From: the human T2T-CHM13v2.0 reference genome, Homo sapiens
DNA length: 64,000 nucleotides
Reading direction: 5' to 3' (one strand)
Assembly: GCF_009914755.1 (NCBI RefSeq)
Contig: NC_060937.1
Shown one piece after another: positions 1 through 15,384 of the stretch. The position numbers and the translations under genes were made by a program. The notes beneath the pieces are model-generated. The model was not told the origin of the DNA, ran no database searches, and saw only the letters and a program-made list of their open reading frames with translations. The first letter of the stretch is position 1. Every line of letters starts with the position of its first letter.

Positions 1-1965
1 GAAATTAAAGGCATCCATATAGGAAAAGAGGAAGTCAAACTCTCTTCACTGATGATATGATTCTATACCTAGAGAACCCTGAAGACTCTGCTAAAAGGCT
101 CCTGGAACTGTTCAATGATTTCAATTTCAGCAAAGTTTCAGGATACAAAATCAATGTACAAAAATTAGTAGCATTTATATATACCAGTAACATTCAAGCT
201 CAGAGCCAAATCAAGAATGCAATCCCATTTACGATGTCCATTAAAAAATACTTAGGAATACATCTAACTGAGGAAGTTAATATCTCTACTAAGAGAACTA
301 CAAAACACTGCTGAAAGAAATCAGAGATGACACAAATAAATGGGAAAACATTCATGCTCATGGATTGGAAGAATCACTATTGCCCAAAACAATCTATAAG
401 TTCAATGCTATTTCTATCAAACTACCAATGCCATTTTTCACAGAATTAGGAAAAAACTGTTCTGATCCTCATATGGAACCGAGAAAGAGCCCATATAGCC
501 GAAGAAGTCCTAAGCAAAAAGAACAAAGTTTAAGGCATTACATGACCCGACTTTGTACTATATCCTATCAGGCTACATCAACCAGAACAACATGATACCG
601 GCACAAAAATAGACACATAGACCACTGGAACAGTATAGAGACCCAAGAAATAAAGCTGCACACCTCTAACCATCTGATCTACAACAGATTAGACAAAAAT
701 AAATAATGGGGAAAAGACTTCCTATTCAATAAAAGGTGCTGGCATAACTGGCTAGCCATGTGCAGAAGAATGAAACTGGACCCCCTTACCTTATACCATA
801 TACAAACATTAACTCAAGATGGATTAAAGATTTAAATGTAAGATTTCAAACTATAAGAGTCCTAGGAGAAAACCTAGAAAATACCATTCTATACATTGGC
901 CTTAAGAAAGAATTTGGAGTCCTCAAAACATTTGAAACAGAAACAAAAATTGACAAGTGGAACCTAATTAAACTGAAGAGCTTCTGCACAGCAAAAGAAA
1001 CTATCAACACTGTAAACGCACAACCTACAAAATGGGATAAAATATTTGCAAACTATGCATCTGAAAAAGGTCTAATATCCAGAATCTATAAGGAGCCTAA
1101 ACAATTCAACAAGCAAAAAGCAAATGACCCCATTAAAAAGTGGGCAAAAGATGTAAAGAGACAGTTCTCAAAAAAGACACAGGGTGGCCAACAAACATAT
1201 GAAAAAAAAATACTCAACCTCATTAATCATCAGAGAAATGCAAATCGAAACCATGGTGAGATATCATCAGGATGGCTATTATTAAAAAGTCAAAAAATGA
1301 CAGATGCTGGCAAGGCGGTAGAGAAAAGGGAATGCTTATACACTGCTGGTGGGAGTGTAATTTAGTTCAGCCACTATAGAAAGCTGTTTGAAGATTTCTC
1401 AAAAAACTTAGAACTAGCATTCAACCCAGCAATTCCATTACTGAGTATATATACAAAAGAAAATAAACCATTCTTCCAAAAAGACATATGCACTCCTATG
1501 TTCATGGCAGCACGTTTCACAATAGCAAAGACATGGAATAAACCTAGGTGCCCATCAATGGTGAACTGGATAAAGAAAATGTGGTACATATACACTATGG
1601 CCATAAAAAAGAATGAAATCATGTTTTCTTGCAGCAACATGGATGCAGCTGGATGCCATTATCCTAAGCAAATTAACATAAAATTAACAGAAAACTAAAT
1701 ACTGCATGCTCTTACTTGTAAGTGGCAGCTAAACATTGGGTACTCATAGACATAAAGGTGGCAACAATAAACACTGGGGACTACTAAATGGCAGAGGGCA
1801 AGAAGTGGGCAATGTGTGAAAAACTAACTCTTGGGTGCTATGCTTAGTACCTGGGTGATGGAATCAATCACAATGCAAACCTCAGCATCATGCAATACAG
1901 CCACGTAACAAACCTGCACGTGGGCTCCCTGAATCTAAAACACAAGTTGAAATTATTTTAAAAAA
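1..1965 (+). mobile_element. LINE-1 3' part (decayed ORF2 RT/C-terminus + 3'UTR), older primate L1PB-like
   Basis: ORF fragments ..[59 protein letters not shown] are L1 ORF2p motifs; frameshifted; L1 3'UTR ends ~1965. Confidence 0.95.
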
Positions 1966-2315
1966 TTGTCTTCCAATATACGAACATGAACTCTCTCTCC
2001 ATGTATTTAAATATTCTGATTCATCAGTGTTTTGTAGTTTTTCACATATATATCCTGTATGTATTTTGTTACATGTATAATTGTAAATACCTCATTATTT
2101 TTTGATGCTATTGTAAACTGTATTTTTTAAAATTTCAAATTCGAATTGCTCTTTATTGACATATAGGAAAGAAATGGACTTTTGTATATTAATCTTGTAT
2201 TTTGAGACCTTGCTAAACTCACTTATTTGTTCCAGAAGTTTGTATTGTTCTTGTTGTCGATTGGATTTCCTAGTTATTCAATAAAGTAATTTGTGAATAA
2301 AGACAGTTTTATTTT
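1966..2315 (-). mobile_element. Old L1M fragment, antisense
   Basis: T-rich strand with L1 antisense motifs (ttgctaaactcacttatt, ttttgtatattaatcttgtat). Confidence 0.7.
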
Positions 2316-2399
2316 TTAAAAAGTCAAGTACTATTATTACTCTTGGCACATTCTGGCACTCGGTAAATTAACTTTCTTTGATTGTGATCTCTGGTATTA

Positions 2400-2413
2400 C
2401 CACTAGAGGGCGC
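2400..2413 (+). promoter_or_regulatory. Candidate CTCF binding site
   Basis: CCACTAGAGGGCGC is an essentially perfect match to the CTCF core consensus, with CpG retained in AT-rich context. Confidence 0.7.
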
Positions 2414-3189
2414 CTTGAGACAAACTATCCTGTACAGTTTTTTCATTACAGAAGGGCATCCTTGTGAAATGGGGAATGATTAACATAGGCATGAGGGGAA
2501 TTGTAATTCACAAAGTAGTTAAAAATAACACCTTGCTCAGCCTGAGGGGGATGTGTGCAAGACAGAGGGCAGGCCCCACCTCTGGTGCTGTGGTTACAAT
2601 GCTAGGAGCTAACTGACTTTGAAGATGGCTTTAGTTCTTTTTGATTACCAGCTCAGCTCTCTCATTCTTCTCTAAAATTGTTGCTCTGAATTATTCCTCA
2701 ATGTCAAATGCTTAATTTTTCCCAGGTAATGAGTGACTTGTACAAGGGTGCTGAAAAAAAATACTTGAAAACGTCTTTGAGGGCTAATTTTTAAAATATC
2801 TAAATTGGTTTCCTAAACACAATCATTTCTGGCTTTTAAAAAAGTCTTGGTTTATTAATTACATATATTTAAGAAGTAAAACATGATATATTGACATATT
2901 TATACATAGTGAAATGGTTATTGTAGTCAAGTAAATTAACATATTCATCATCCCACATACTCTTTAAATGCAAGTATTTCTAAATGGCATCCCCAAGAAT
3001 CTTATCAGCAGAGCCATTCCAGAAGGCAGCAAGTGTTACCTGTTAAGACTCAGGCAAGAGAAAAATGTAGGCAAGGTGATAGGGCCGGGAGAAAAGATTG
3101 AGGGATTTATCCAGTCAAGACCTGCTCAGTATCAGTCACTTTTAAGAGTGTCAAAATGCATCTGAAACAGTGACCATCTTAAAATCGGC

Positions 3190-3905
3190 AATTCTAATTC
3201 AGCATGGTGTTGCATTGAATAGAGATGTATGACATGCATGGAGTATGGGGAATCTGAGAGTAATCTGCATGGCTCCTGGAAGAGCCCCTGAGTCATGGCC
3301 ATTGAAGTGTTTGAAGTGGGGCCTAAGATTTGCCTTGGAAGGTGCCCAGCCTACAATGTCTGACTGGGGAAAAGCATGGCTAAAGCACCCAGGCATGGAG
3401 GGACGCATTCAGAGCACTGAAAGCCGTTGGTGTGGCTAGAATTTAGGGCACCTGTTATGGAGAGATAGTAAATAAAACTGGGCAAGTAGACCAGAGCCAG
3501 ACTGGGGCACAATTGTGTCACACTAAGCTAGATGGGAAGGAACTGAGACATTTCAAGCAGGAAGATGAGGAAATAAGATTTCCTTTAGAAAACAGCTACT
3601 CTGGTTTGAGAGAGTGAGACTGAATTCAAGGATTTCATATAGGAGGATGGTGCAATAATCCAGGAAGAAAGAGTGTACGCCTCAGCTAGGACAGGTCAGT
3701 AGATCTGGAGGGAAACTACTGGAATCAAGAGATTGTGGAGACAAAATCAATAGTATTCACTAGGCATTTGGGGGTGGGAGCAATGGTTTTGGCTTCTGTC
3801 TTGAGAAAATAAGATATGGAAAAAGTGTATTTGGAGAAAGAGAGAAACTGGCTTGAGATTTTCTGAGATAGAGATGCAAGTGGAACACCTAGGTGGATAT
3901 GTGGT
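3190..3905. mobile_element. L2 LINE relic
   Basis: Purine-rich degraded sequence with L2-like motifs (ggtgcaataatccagg, tttcaagcaggaagatga). Confidence 0.55.
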
Positions 3906-3924
3906 TAAAATAAAAAAAAGGTCT

Positions 3925-4085
3925 AGACCAGTAAAAAAGTAATTTGAACAGCAGAAGCCACATATATGACTTTAAATGTTCTAGGAGCCACGTTATAAAA
4001 ATTAAAAATAAATAGGTAACACCAATTTTGTAACACAGTATAGCCAAAATATTGTGATGTCAGCAAGTAATCAAAAACAGCAATT
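3925..4085. mobile_element. hAT-Charlie MITE relic (MER3/MER33-like)
   Basis: agccacatatatgactttaaatgttctaggagccac..aaaataaataggtaa resembles MER3/MER33. Confidence 0.45.
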
Positions 4086-4151
4086 TTTCTTTTTCCCTAA
4101 TTTGTTGGAAGTACTTGTTTCTTAGAAATCCTCCTAGAAATACATGTACTT

Positions 4152-4494
4152 CTTTTTTTTATTATTATTATAATACTTTAACACCATGGAATAGTATGCA
4201 GCCATAAAAAAGGATGAGTTCATGTCCTTTGTAGGGACATGGATGAAGCTGGAAACCATCATTCTGAGCAAACTATCCCAAGGACAGAAAACCAAACACC
4301 GCATGTTCTCACTCATAGGTGGGAACTGAACAACGAGAACACTTGGACACAGGGTGGGGAACATCACGCACTGGGGTGCAGGGAGGGGGGAAGGATGGCA
4401 TTAATAGAAATACCTATTGTAAATGATGAGTTAATGGGGGCAGCACACCAACATGGCACATGTATACATATGCAACAAACCTGCACGTTGTGCA
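4152..4494. mobile_element. Short L1PA 3' end with 5' inversion
   Basis: 4182-4494 is L1PA ORF2 end/3'UTR on +; 4152-4181 is the reverse complement of the L1 terminus (ttaaagtataataataaaaa). Confidence 0.85.
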
Positions 4495-4764
4495 TTTCTT
4501 TAGAACAATTTTAAAACTACAATCGCATACAGTAGACAAGCTCTGACATATTTTTGGTGTTAAAACACTATTTAATAAAAAATTTTATTTACACTTATCT
4601 TTTGCAATCTTCACAGAACTCATGAGAGGCAAGCAGAGGCCAGTACCAGACATCTGGTAGAGAAGGTAGAGAAAGAGTGGACCAGAGCTTTTTTCAGACT
4701 CATCCTACTGGGTTAGTCCTACAGTCATCTTGTGTTGGACACTCAAGGATTTTTGTTTCTGTTT

Positions 4765-5054
4765 TTGTTTTAGAAACAGTCTCGCTGTGTCACCCAGGCT
4801 GGAGTGCAGTGGCTCAATCTTGGCTCACTGCAGCCTTGACTTCCCGGGCTCCAGAGATTCTCCTACTTCAGCCTCCTGAGTTGTGGGAACCACAGGTGTG
4901 TGCCACCATGCTCAGCTAGTTTTTGTATGTTTGGTAGGGACAGGGTTTCACCATGATGCCCAGACTGGTCTTGAACTCCTGGGCTCAAGCAATCCACCCA
5001 CCTCAGCTTCCCAAAAGTGCTGGGATTACAGGTGTGAGCCACCACGCCAGACCT
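4765..5054 (-). mobile_element. Alu (AluJ-like)
   Basis: Dimeric Alu antisense, diverged. Confidence 0.9.
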
Positions 5055-6209
5055 AGAAATCTTAATAATAGGTTAGGTCTTAAGGGAAAAATTACTCCAA
5101 GGGAAGACTTAGTCATCCCTACCTCAAGCCTACTGACTTCAAAAAATGGCGTGAAGAACTACTGATTCAAGGTTAGTTATATTACCTTTTTCCTTTGCAT
5201 TTCATCTTTACGATATAATTCTTGTTTTTAATTTGGTGAAATACTGAGTTGTTTCATTGACTTAGGCGTGGTAAGTAAAAGTTATAATAATTTGTATTGA
5301 TAAAGAAAGCAAATAAAAGTTTTATAGTTTTTTTCAGTCCCTGGAGCTCTCATTTTCAAGAGATAAACATTTGTTAACTTTTATTCAGTAAATGTAACAT
5401 TTATTGTAACTGACACATTTTCAATTTCTTTAAAAGCTGCATTAAAGCTAAATTTTAGAAATGGAATATTATTGTTTGATAACTAGAGACAGACTTTGAG
5501 ATGCTTTGGCTTTCTAATTGATTTTACTTTGGTTCATAATATTTTTGTTTTCCAGTGCCAGCCTCAGTTTTCCACCCCTAATCGTAAGTGAATGATTGAC
5601 ATCCAAACATTTAACCACATCCGGATGTCTATTATTTAAAGGAATCCAAAATAAATACTTTTATGAATTAAGTAAACATATAGCACTAAATAGATTTTTT
5701 AAGTTAAAATTTTGTCATTTCCTTACCTAACAGTACATCCTTAATTGTGATTGTCACCTACAGCATTTTAGTTTCAATTTTTGTAAAATATATCTATTGC
5801 TAGCCAATTACTCAAGTTTTTAAATAGTTAAATCAAACAATGATTTGAATTTTAAAAATAAGTTCCCTTATGTCTTTATATGTTGCCATCACTTGAATGA
5901 TTGATGACTAAGACGGCAAAGTTATCAAGAGTCTTTAAATAGCAATTACAACCAAACAATCAATTACATTATTTCTACCCAGAATTCCATAAAGCCACAC
6001 AGTGTCCCCATCTCCCCCGGAGATGTACCAGGAACCTTCCAGTCCAGTCATGTGATTTCACTCATATTAAGAATCAATTTCTGGGGATCTCAAGATGAAT
6101 CTAACAACAACAAACTACACTAATTGTAGAGTTGGTAAGTAAAAGAAATATAGTTCAACTATGCTTGACCCAGTTTAAGATATTTGTCTAATGTTTGGTC
6201 ATTTTTTGA

Positions 6210-6518
<309 letters not shown>

Positions 6519-6532
6519 GACAGTTCTAAAAA

Positions 6533-6692
6533 CTGGGTGCAGTGGTGTGCATCTGTAGCCCAGCTACTTGGGAGGCTGGGGAGGCAAGATCACTTGAGCG
6601 CAAGAGTTCAAGGCTGTAGTGTGACATAACCTCACCTGTGAATAGCTACTGCACTCCGGCCTGAGCAATACAGAGAGACCCTGTCTAAAAAA
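6533..6692 (+). mobile_element. Alu monomer (FLAM/FRAM-like)
   Basis: Single Alu arm with A tail. Confidence 0.8.
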
Positions 6693-7261
6693 ATCTACAA
6701 AAGCCATAAAAGATTTATTTGAACAAAAATAAATAGCAAGTAGTTTTCTTCATGTATCACTGTTATTAAAATGTCCATTTCAATCAATGCACATTGGCTT
6801 ACAGTTTTGATGGCGATTTCATAATCTCCTTAATGCAGAGAATAGTAGTGCATGCCTGTGTTAAGTGAGACCTCAACCTGGTTTCCTTGTCTGGTTTCAT
6901 GTGCTAACAAATCATAGAAGAGAAAATCTAAGGTTTCCTAAAGAACGTCCCTAACTAAATAGCTTAAAAGAGTACACATTAAATGATTGCTTTAATACCA
7001 AAATTATAAGATCCTAGCTAGCTGATATTTTATTTTGTTAGCTTAGTTTTATTTTTCTGAAAAAAATGAGATGATCTCATTTGGGTCTAAGTGCTTCAGA
7101 GTCCTAAAATTGTACTACTGGATACAAAAAGAAAATAAATGTTAAACACTTCTGTAAATTGTTAAGCATGTTGCAAATATAAAATGTTCTCACTAGTTCT
7201 TACCAGAAAAATCAGAAATGTATCATTTTACAAGATGATGATGAAAAATGTGTAAATGCAA

Positions 7262-7554
7262 AGCCAGGTGTGGTAGCTCATGCCTTCCCAGCACTTGGGG
7301 AGGCCAAAGCAGGTGGGTCACCTGAGGTCAGGAGTTTGAGACCAGCCTGGCCAACATGCTGAAACCCCGTCTCTACTAAAATACAAAAATTAGCTGGATG
7401 TGGTGGCACGTGCCTGTAATCCCAGCTATTCAGGAGGCTGAGGCAGGAAAACTACTTGAACCCGGGAGGCGGAGGTTGCAGTGAGCTGAGATCATGCCAC
7501 TGGACTCCAGCCTGGGTGACAAAGCGAGACTCCATCTCAAAAAGAAGAAAAAAA
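7262..7554 (+). mobile_element. AluS
   Basis: Full Alu; TSD-like aaatgtgtaaatgca/aaatatgcaaatgca. Confidence 0.93.
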
Positions 7555-10181
7555 TATGCAAATGCAGGGGCCATGCAAAGGAAGGTTTTTGAGGAAATAT
7601 TTTAAGTTTTTTGAGAGAAAGAGGTGTTTATTTTTAGCGTTTATAGGTAAGTCCAAAAAGTTTATTTAAAACTTAATGTATTAGTTCCAAGTACCATTGT
7701 GGTAATGTAAACCACAATGGTTTCCTTGTGGGGCATTAGTTTTCCAAATCATGTTAGACTTAATAAAAGACATTAAAATGCACAATTCTATCAAGATACA
7801 AAGATATGTCTCTATAATCCCTGCAGAATGCCTTCAAAGATTTCTTATATAGTTGTTGCTAACAAAATTCTTAGAGTTACAGAAGGTAGGTGACTTTTGG
7901 GGTTGCTAGGAATTTAATTATTTTCACTAGGAAAACATCAAATAAGACTGTGAGAGGTGATAACATACTATCTAACATAATAGAAAAGGGTGGGTTTTTA
8001 GAGAGTCATTACAAAACAAGACGATGTTTAGACCTTTTTGCTATGATTCTAGAAAGCAAACTGTTAAAATTTAAAAATCAAATTCTACAAAAAATGTTAA
8101 AAATAGCATTAATACTGAATTTGTTTATCCATCTCATTTATTTGCAAGGTTTTAAAATTTTGGACCATTCCTACTGTGAAACTCTACCTTATGCAGCATT
8201 TTTTAACTTTAAGGAAAATGATTATAATATTTTTCTAGTATGTGATTTCAGTTGTACTGGTTGTTGAAGCAAGTTTTTATATGTTTGTAAGTTAGCATTT
8301 CTTGTATCTCTCCCCATTACATGAAGTTTAGCCTTGCACTTAACATTATTATATTAATAATAGCTTATTACATGTGTTTTGCTAATTTTTGCTTTCAATT
8401 TTTATTCTAGTTTAATTCTGAGATGGTTTGTTGTATATATCAGAAGTAATGTCAGAGTTTTATTGGTTCTTTACTCAGTATTATTATAAAATACAAAAAT
8501 CAACATTAGCCTGAACAGATCCATCACTTGGATTCTTCTGCATATCAGAATATTTTCTAATAACTTAAATCTTAAAAAATTATTCCAATTTTATAAAATA
8601 AAAAATTTATCTAAAGTTTATTTTAATTTTAGTTCTTTTGACCACTTGGTGCCTGTGGATGGTTCAACTTTTTTAACGTTCAGAAGCTGTTTAGTATTTG
8701 TGTGCCTAACACAGCGCATGGCACACAGTAGTCACTGGGTAAATCCTTTTTAAAAATGCTTGATACAGGAAGACTCATTTTTACATGGATTGGTTTTAAA
8801 CTTTTGGTGATTACTGACACTTTCAAAAGATTTCTAATTATTAATTTAAGGAATTTTTCTACTTCTCAAATGTTCATTTAGTTTAGCAATTCTTTTTCTA
8901 AATGGGATTTTACAGACACATCAAAGTTAAAACAATGTTTCTAAGATTTTGTTTTTACATGATAGAACATTGTGTCTCCTCAGAATGTTGAGTTGTATGT
9001 TTTTCCCAAATAAAATAGTCCTTTTTGCATCACTAAGGCAATGCTTGTCTACTCTGAATTTTAACTCAATCAATCATAATACTTATGCTAATTACTCAGA
9101 GAGCAAAGACAGTTTGATAAACTTCTTTATTATTTCATTTTTAGGCTCTATATAATTCTTCCTGTTTTCCCTTTATCCACTTAGCCAAATGCCCAGTAGT
9201 CATTTTATACTTGGAAGGTTTCAGGTACCCTCTCGAATTCTTCTAATTACTTTTCTCTTAGTTTTTTTTTTTTTTAACTAGGTCTTTAAATATATGTGTG
9301 ACTCTATACTTAGTCCTTCAGCTCCTCCATCAACAGATGATTCCCCAGTTATTTTCTTTGTGACAAAATACATGTGTTTCATCCTTAGAAACCAACAAGT
9401 GTACTTTCCTTCATACATGAACCTATTTACAATTTGTCATTGAATTGCAGTGGTTTAAATGGGCACACATTTGATTTTACTGCATTTGAGAACATACTTA
9501 TTTTTTGTAACATCTGAGTGCTCCTTAAAATAGAGAATGATATCAAATTTTAATTTTGAAACATCAATACCTACCGAAGGCATATTAACTATGGAACTAT
9601 GTGTGTGTGCTGTGTATTTATCGATATGGTCTGAAAAAGTGAATGCAGCAGTATTTTCCAACCTCTAATCACAAGACTAATTTAACATCAGCCTATCATT
9701 AAGTTCTTGTTGAATGAGTGAACTCTGTATTTGTTTGGCTTTGCTATTTTTATTGATTTCACTATATAACTTTTGTCTAAAAACTTCCAACTCTTCACCT
9801 GTTTAAAGTGAGGGTTGTGTTGAAGAATGTACAGTAAGAATACAAAGTCAAAGAAGAAGAAAACATTTCAATAAGTGTTGTGTAGTCACCTTTCTTGTTG
9901 GGGTTATTTGGAGGGGAGGCAATAAATAATGCTCCTCTTTCCCTTTTGAGATCAGAACATAGGAGTCAGACATATGGAGTCAGACATAGCTGCTTTATTA
10001 CTCACATGTAATGACTAACAGGAGGATATGGCTCAGATGAGCAGCCAGAGTGGGCTTCTGAATACTTCAGATTAGTTTAATTCCCAGATTAGGCACTTAC
10101 CCACACAGTGGTAAGTGGAGAAAACAGATGCTTAACACCTATCTCAGGAGCAGGCAGCTTACTGCAGAGCAGCAGACCTGA

Positions 10182-10520
<339 letters not shown>

Positions 10521-10738
10521 GGCAGACACATATTTTCAAAGTAACACAGAGCCAAGCAAGCACATGCAATGTACTTCACACAAATTCACCCATTAGGTAA
10601 ATCTTCCCTCCCCTCCAAAGAAAGATAGACAGAGTGTAAGTTCTCATTTGGAAACTTAAGGCCAGGGAAATGAAGATTCTCATATCATTTCTGTGTGGAT
10701 TTAAATTATGATAGAAATTAAGCCAATGTCTTAATTTC

Positions 10739-10792
10739 TATGTACCAACTATCGATAACAGGTTGTATGTACCAACTATCGATAACAGGTTG
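10739..10792 (+). repeat. Perfect 27-bp tandem duplication
   Basis: tatgtaccaactatcgataacaggttg x2. Confidence 0.95.
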
Positions 10793-11446
10793 GATAGAAG
10801 TATACTAGATGGTAAAGAGAAATGTGTCTTACGTTTTCAATTTTGCTGTGAATAACCCACAATGTGGATAATTCTTTTGTTGATTGATTTTAGTAAACCA
10901 ACTCTTATTTGGATAAATATATAGTTCTGTTAAAGAAACAGCTGAATTTCTCTAATTCAGCTTGCCTGGTTCAACTGAAGTTTTCCTCCTTCAAGTTCCC
11001 TTTTCTGTAAAATATTTTTGTTCTTTACAAAATAAATTGAGTAGTGACTGCAACTAACAAAGATGTATTAACAGTTGTTTGTTAATTTTTATTCATGACT
11101 TCAGAAATCATAACTTAGCTAGAGAACTACCTTTTATGTCTCTTACCCAAACGTGATTGAGTTACATGACAGTTTTACATATGCATTTTCCCTGAGTTAT
11201 ATTTAAAAATCTATACATTTTTCCTGAATACGCAGGAAGTAGCTGGCATAAACTTCAAGTTCAGTAAGAAAACTTAAAGCCCTTTCTTGGGTTGGAGCTA
11301 ATGGGCTTAATGACCATAGGCAAGCTATAATCTCTCTGAGACTGTGTTACCTTGTACGTAAAATTAAAAAGTTTGACTAAATGACTTTCATAACTGAAAA
11401 TTTTTTTAGAATAAAACTTTTATTTGTAAAAAGCTACATGAAGGAA

Positions 11447-11640
11447 TTATATATATACACACATTTTATATGTGTATATATTTTATATGTGTGTATATAT
11501 ACATATTTCATATTTTATGTGCATATATACATATTTCATATTTTATGTGCATATATATACGTTTCATATGTATACATATAAAATACATATACATATATGT
11601 ATATTACATACAAGTCATGTAAAAATGTACATTTTACATA
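11447..11640. repeat. AT-rich low-complexity (TA/TG) repeat
   Basis: Degenerate units such as tatatacatatttcatattttatgtgca. Confidence 0.85.
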
Positions 11641-11662
11641 GTGTTCATTAATGATAATATAA

Positions 11663-12002
<340 letters not shown>

Positions 12003-14486
12003 GAGTTATTACTTTTATAAAACCTTTCTTGTAATGCCATTGTCATGTCATTAATTTTATAAGGGCTGTCTATAATGTTATAATCACAGAAAGATTATGG
12101 AAAACTGTCTCTCAAAATATTGGGAAAGCTATTAGTCAAAAATTTGTAAAGGCATTGTATATCATATTGTCATTATCACCAAAAAGTCTTATGTTTAGTA
12201 AACAATTTCAGATTCTTTTCTGGGCATTCAGTGAGGGAATACCTTTTGCACCAAAGATTTAAATAAAACACTAGATGGGAGACACTTGCAATATAATTTG
12301 AAGTATCCCCACAATTTCATAACTAAGTAGATAACTATAGTTAGCTAGATGTTTCAAAAATTGGTTCTAATTTCTGAAAAGCTTAAAAGAGCTATATACA
12401 AATATAGAGCTATATATTGTTTCTTTGTTTCTAATTCTAACAGGTCATGAAATAAACCAAGTTTGTAAACTGGTTCTAATATATATTTTTTTCAAGTGAA
12501 ATTTCCAAAATCTTTTTTTCCATATGAATAAAAATGTTAGTTGTAATACAGATAGAATAATATGATTACTTAATATTTTACCAGTAGAATTTTCACATAT
12601 TATGACAGTACCACTTTCTTCAGGTACATATTTAAGATTCTGTCCTGAAAAGTTAATAACATGGAATGTATCTAAAATTTTAATTTTCTAAAGGAGGAGA
12701 ACGGAAAGTTTATTTTAAGGAGAAATCTACCAAAATGAAAAGAAAACACAGATTGAATTCTTATAAAGGGCAGGCAGAGTTTTGCTAAGAATTAGAAAAT
12801 AATGCATTTGTTGCAAACTATGACTCGATTTGCTTAACCTTTGTAACTAGTAAAAGAAAACCTCACTCTTCTGAAAGATGTACATTCAGTAGACCAAGGT
12901 TAATTGTAACTTTTATCAGACTAATGTCAACAGCATTACACATATATATTCTCTTTTATCTAAACTTAAAATAAGTAGGAATTTTATTTTATTTATGTAG
13001 TTAATTTTTCTATTTAGGCAATCCTCAAGTTAGGTCTCGTCTCTACAAGTAGGAGAGATGACATTTTGTAAGTGATATATCATTTCCATGGTAATTTCTC
13101 TTGTGTAACTTAAACATTATAAATATTTGGCTTATTTCAGATTCAGCAAGGATTGATAGAAAATAAAAATAGAGAAATAGAAGAAGGTATATTGCCAAAA
13201 TTTATTAACTAAATTTAGCTTGATTACTGAAATAAACTGTAAATAGCAAATGGCTTTCCTCTCCATTGTCTGGTTCATAAATGCTACAGTAAGTATTTTT
13301 TCTTATGCACATTTAATGAAAGATAGAAACACATACTCATAATGAAGAGTGTACTTTTGCCTCATTAATTTATCATGTTCCATAGCTTTAAAAAGGTCTC
13401 AAAAAGTCTAAGTATCTCTTTTGTTTTGGCTCTACGTAGTCTTCACTTCTGCCATCCCTATGGAACTGTCAGGCAGCGCGCTGAAACTGAATTCAGGAAA
13501 CAAAGTCGTCATCAACTTCTTAAAGTCATAGTAGTAATTTAAGGCCAAAAGACCAGAGTCATCTGATAATACTTAGCCAAGCAATTACAGTTCAAAAACA
13601 GTTATTTGACAGATGACATTCTAAATCTCCAATTATTTACTTTGTCATTGGTTTACTTTTGTGCTCAGGAAATGCTCTAAGTTGCTTGGCATGCAGTGAA
13701 AACATCTCCATCAACTTGGTTCTTGTCAAGTTATTCAGCCTTGTCTTTTGCCACATACCCTACTCTACCCTTGTGCTCTAGCATCCAGCCAAACTAGACT
13801 ACATAGATTTCCACAGTGCTCTTGCTCATCTCTTTGCATTTGCTTCTGCCCTCTGTCATACTTTTTCCTTGTTTTTCAGATATGAACCTATATAGTGCCT
13901 CCACCAAAAAGCCTGCAATATTGCAATATTGACACAAAACTGGGATAGGTGTCCCTTCTGTGTGTTCCAATAGTGTCGTGTTGTATACCTGTCATGTTAT
14001 CTATGATTCTGTAAGGAAATTGCCTGTTTGTTTTTTCAAGTTGTAGCATATGATTTTTGAGGAGTGAACTGATCATCTTCATCTTGTCATTCCAGTGCTT
14101 ATTGTCACATGGTTGCTGAATACAGGAATGAAGGGTGAGAAAACTAGAAGCTCTGGTACTTAACCACAGTGATAGTCAATTCAAAGCACACCTACGGGCA
14201 GATTATATTCAATATTAAATAGTTAATTTTGTATTGTGGTCATACATATTTTTCCTTCCTATTGACACAGATAAATTTCTCAACTTTTTTTTTACTGACT
14301 GACACTTAGCTAACTGTGAAATATTTTAGGTAAAGAACATCATTCTTTCATTTTCCTTCCAGGTGCTGCTGAATTTGAATCTGAGTCCTCTATATGGAAT
14401 CTATCCTCTTCTGCAGGATTTACTCAGGATCTGCTGATGAGTTACATCTAAATCAAGTTTGAAAAGCATCATGAGAATATGCAACA

Positions 14487-14783
<297 letters not shown>

Positions 14784-14814
14784 GAAAATATGCAACAATT
14801 TTAAGAAAAATTAC

Positions 14815-15320
14815 TTAATGCATTCAGACCCATGGATTGCATTTAGTTCTTCTGTCTCTTAGACTTCGTCTGGAGCAGTTCCTCAGTTTTCCCTTGACCT
14901 TATGACCTTGAATCTTTCAAAGAGTAAAGTCCAGTAATGTAGAATGTTCGACAATTGGGTTTATCTGATGTTTCATTGTGATTAGATTTAAATTATACTT
15001 TTTAAAAAATTCAACTTTTAGTTCCAGGGAGTACATGTGCAGCTTTGTTACATGAGTATATTGCATCATGCTGAGGTCTGGGGTACAAAGAGATTTTACA
15101 TTTTTGGTAAAGTGTATCACAGAAGTGATCCTGTAATCGTCTCACTGCATCTTACCATGTGTCCTACAATTTTGATTTGTCCTGTTAATTAATATCTTGT
15201 GGGGAGGTAATTTGAGACTACGTAAGTATCTCTTCCTCATAAAACCTTCAATTTATTCATTTACTTGTATCAATAAGGATTCATGGGTTATTTTCTCCAA
15301 TAGTGTATAATTTGTTAATT
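14815..15320 (-). mobile_element. Old L1 fragments (L1M with a nested short L1P 3' end at ~15000-15086)
   Basis: gtacatgtgcagctttgttacatgagtatattgcatcatgctgaggtctggggtac is an antisense L1 3'UTR. Confidence 0.6.
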
Positions 15321-15384
15321 TTTAAAAAACTTTTCTTTTAAGAAATGTTATATTTTGACAATTTCAGACTTTTTAATACAATGT

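Noticed and set aside
760-1365. 201-aa ORF as a gene
   Set aside because: Frameshifted L1 ORF2 remnant.
13018-13186. VRSRLY..GLIE similarity to cTAGE5/MIA2
   Set aside because: Short match; codons and exon boundaries differ from the cTAGE structure as I recall it; insufficient to name the relic.
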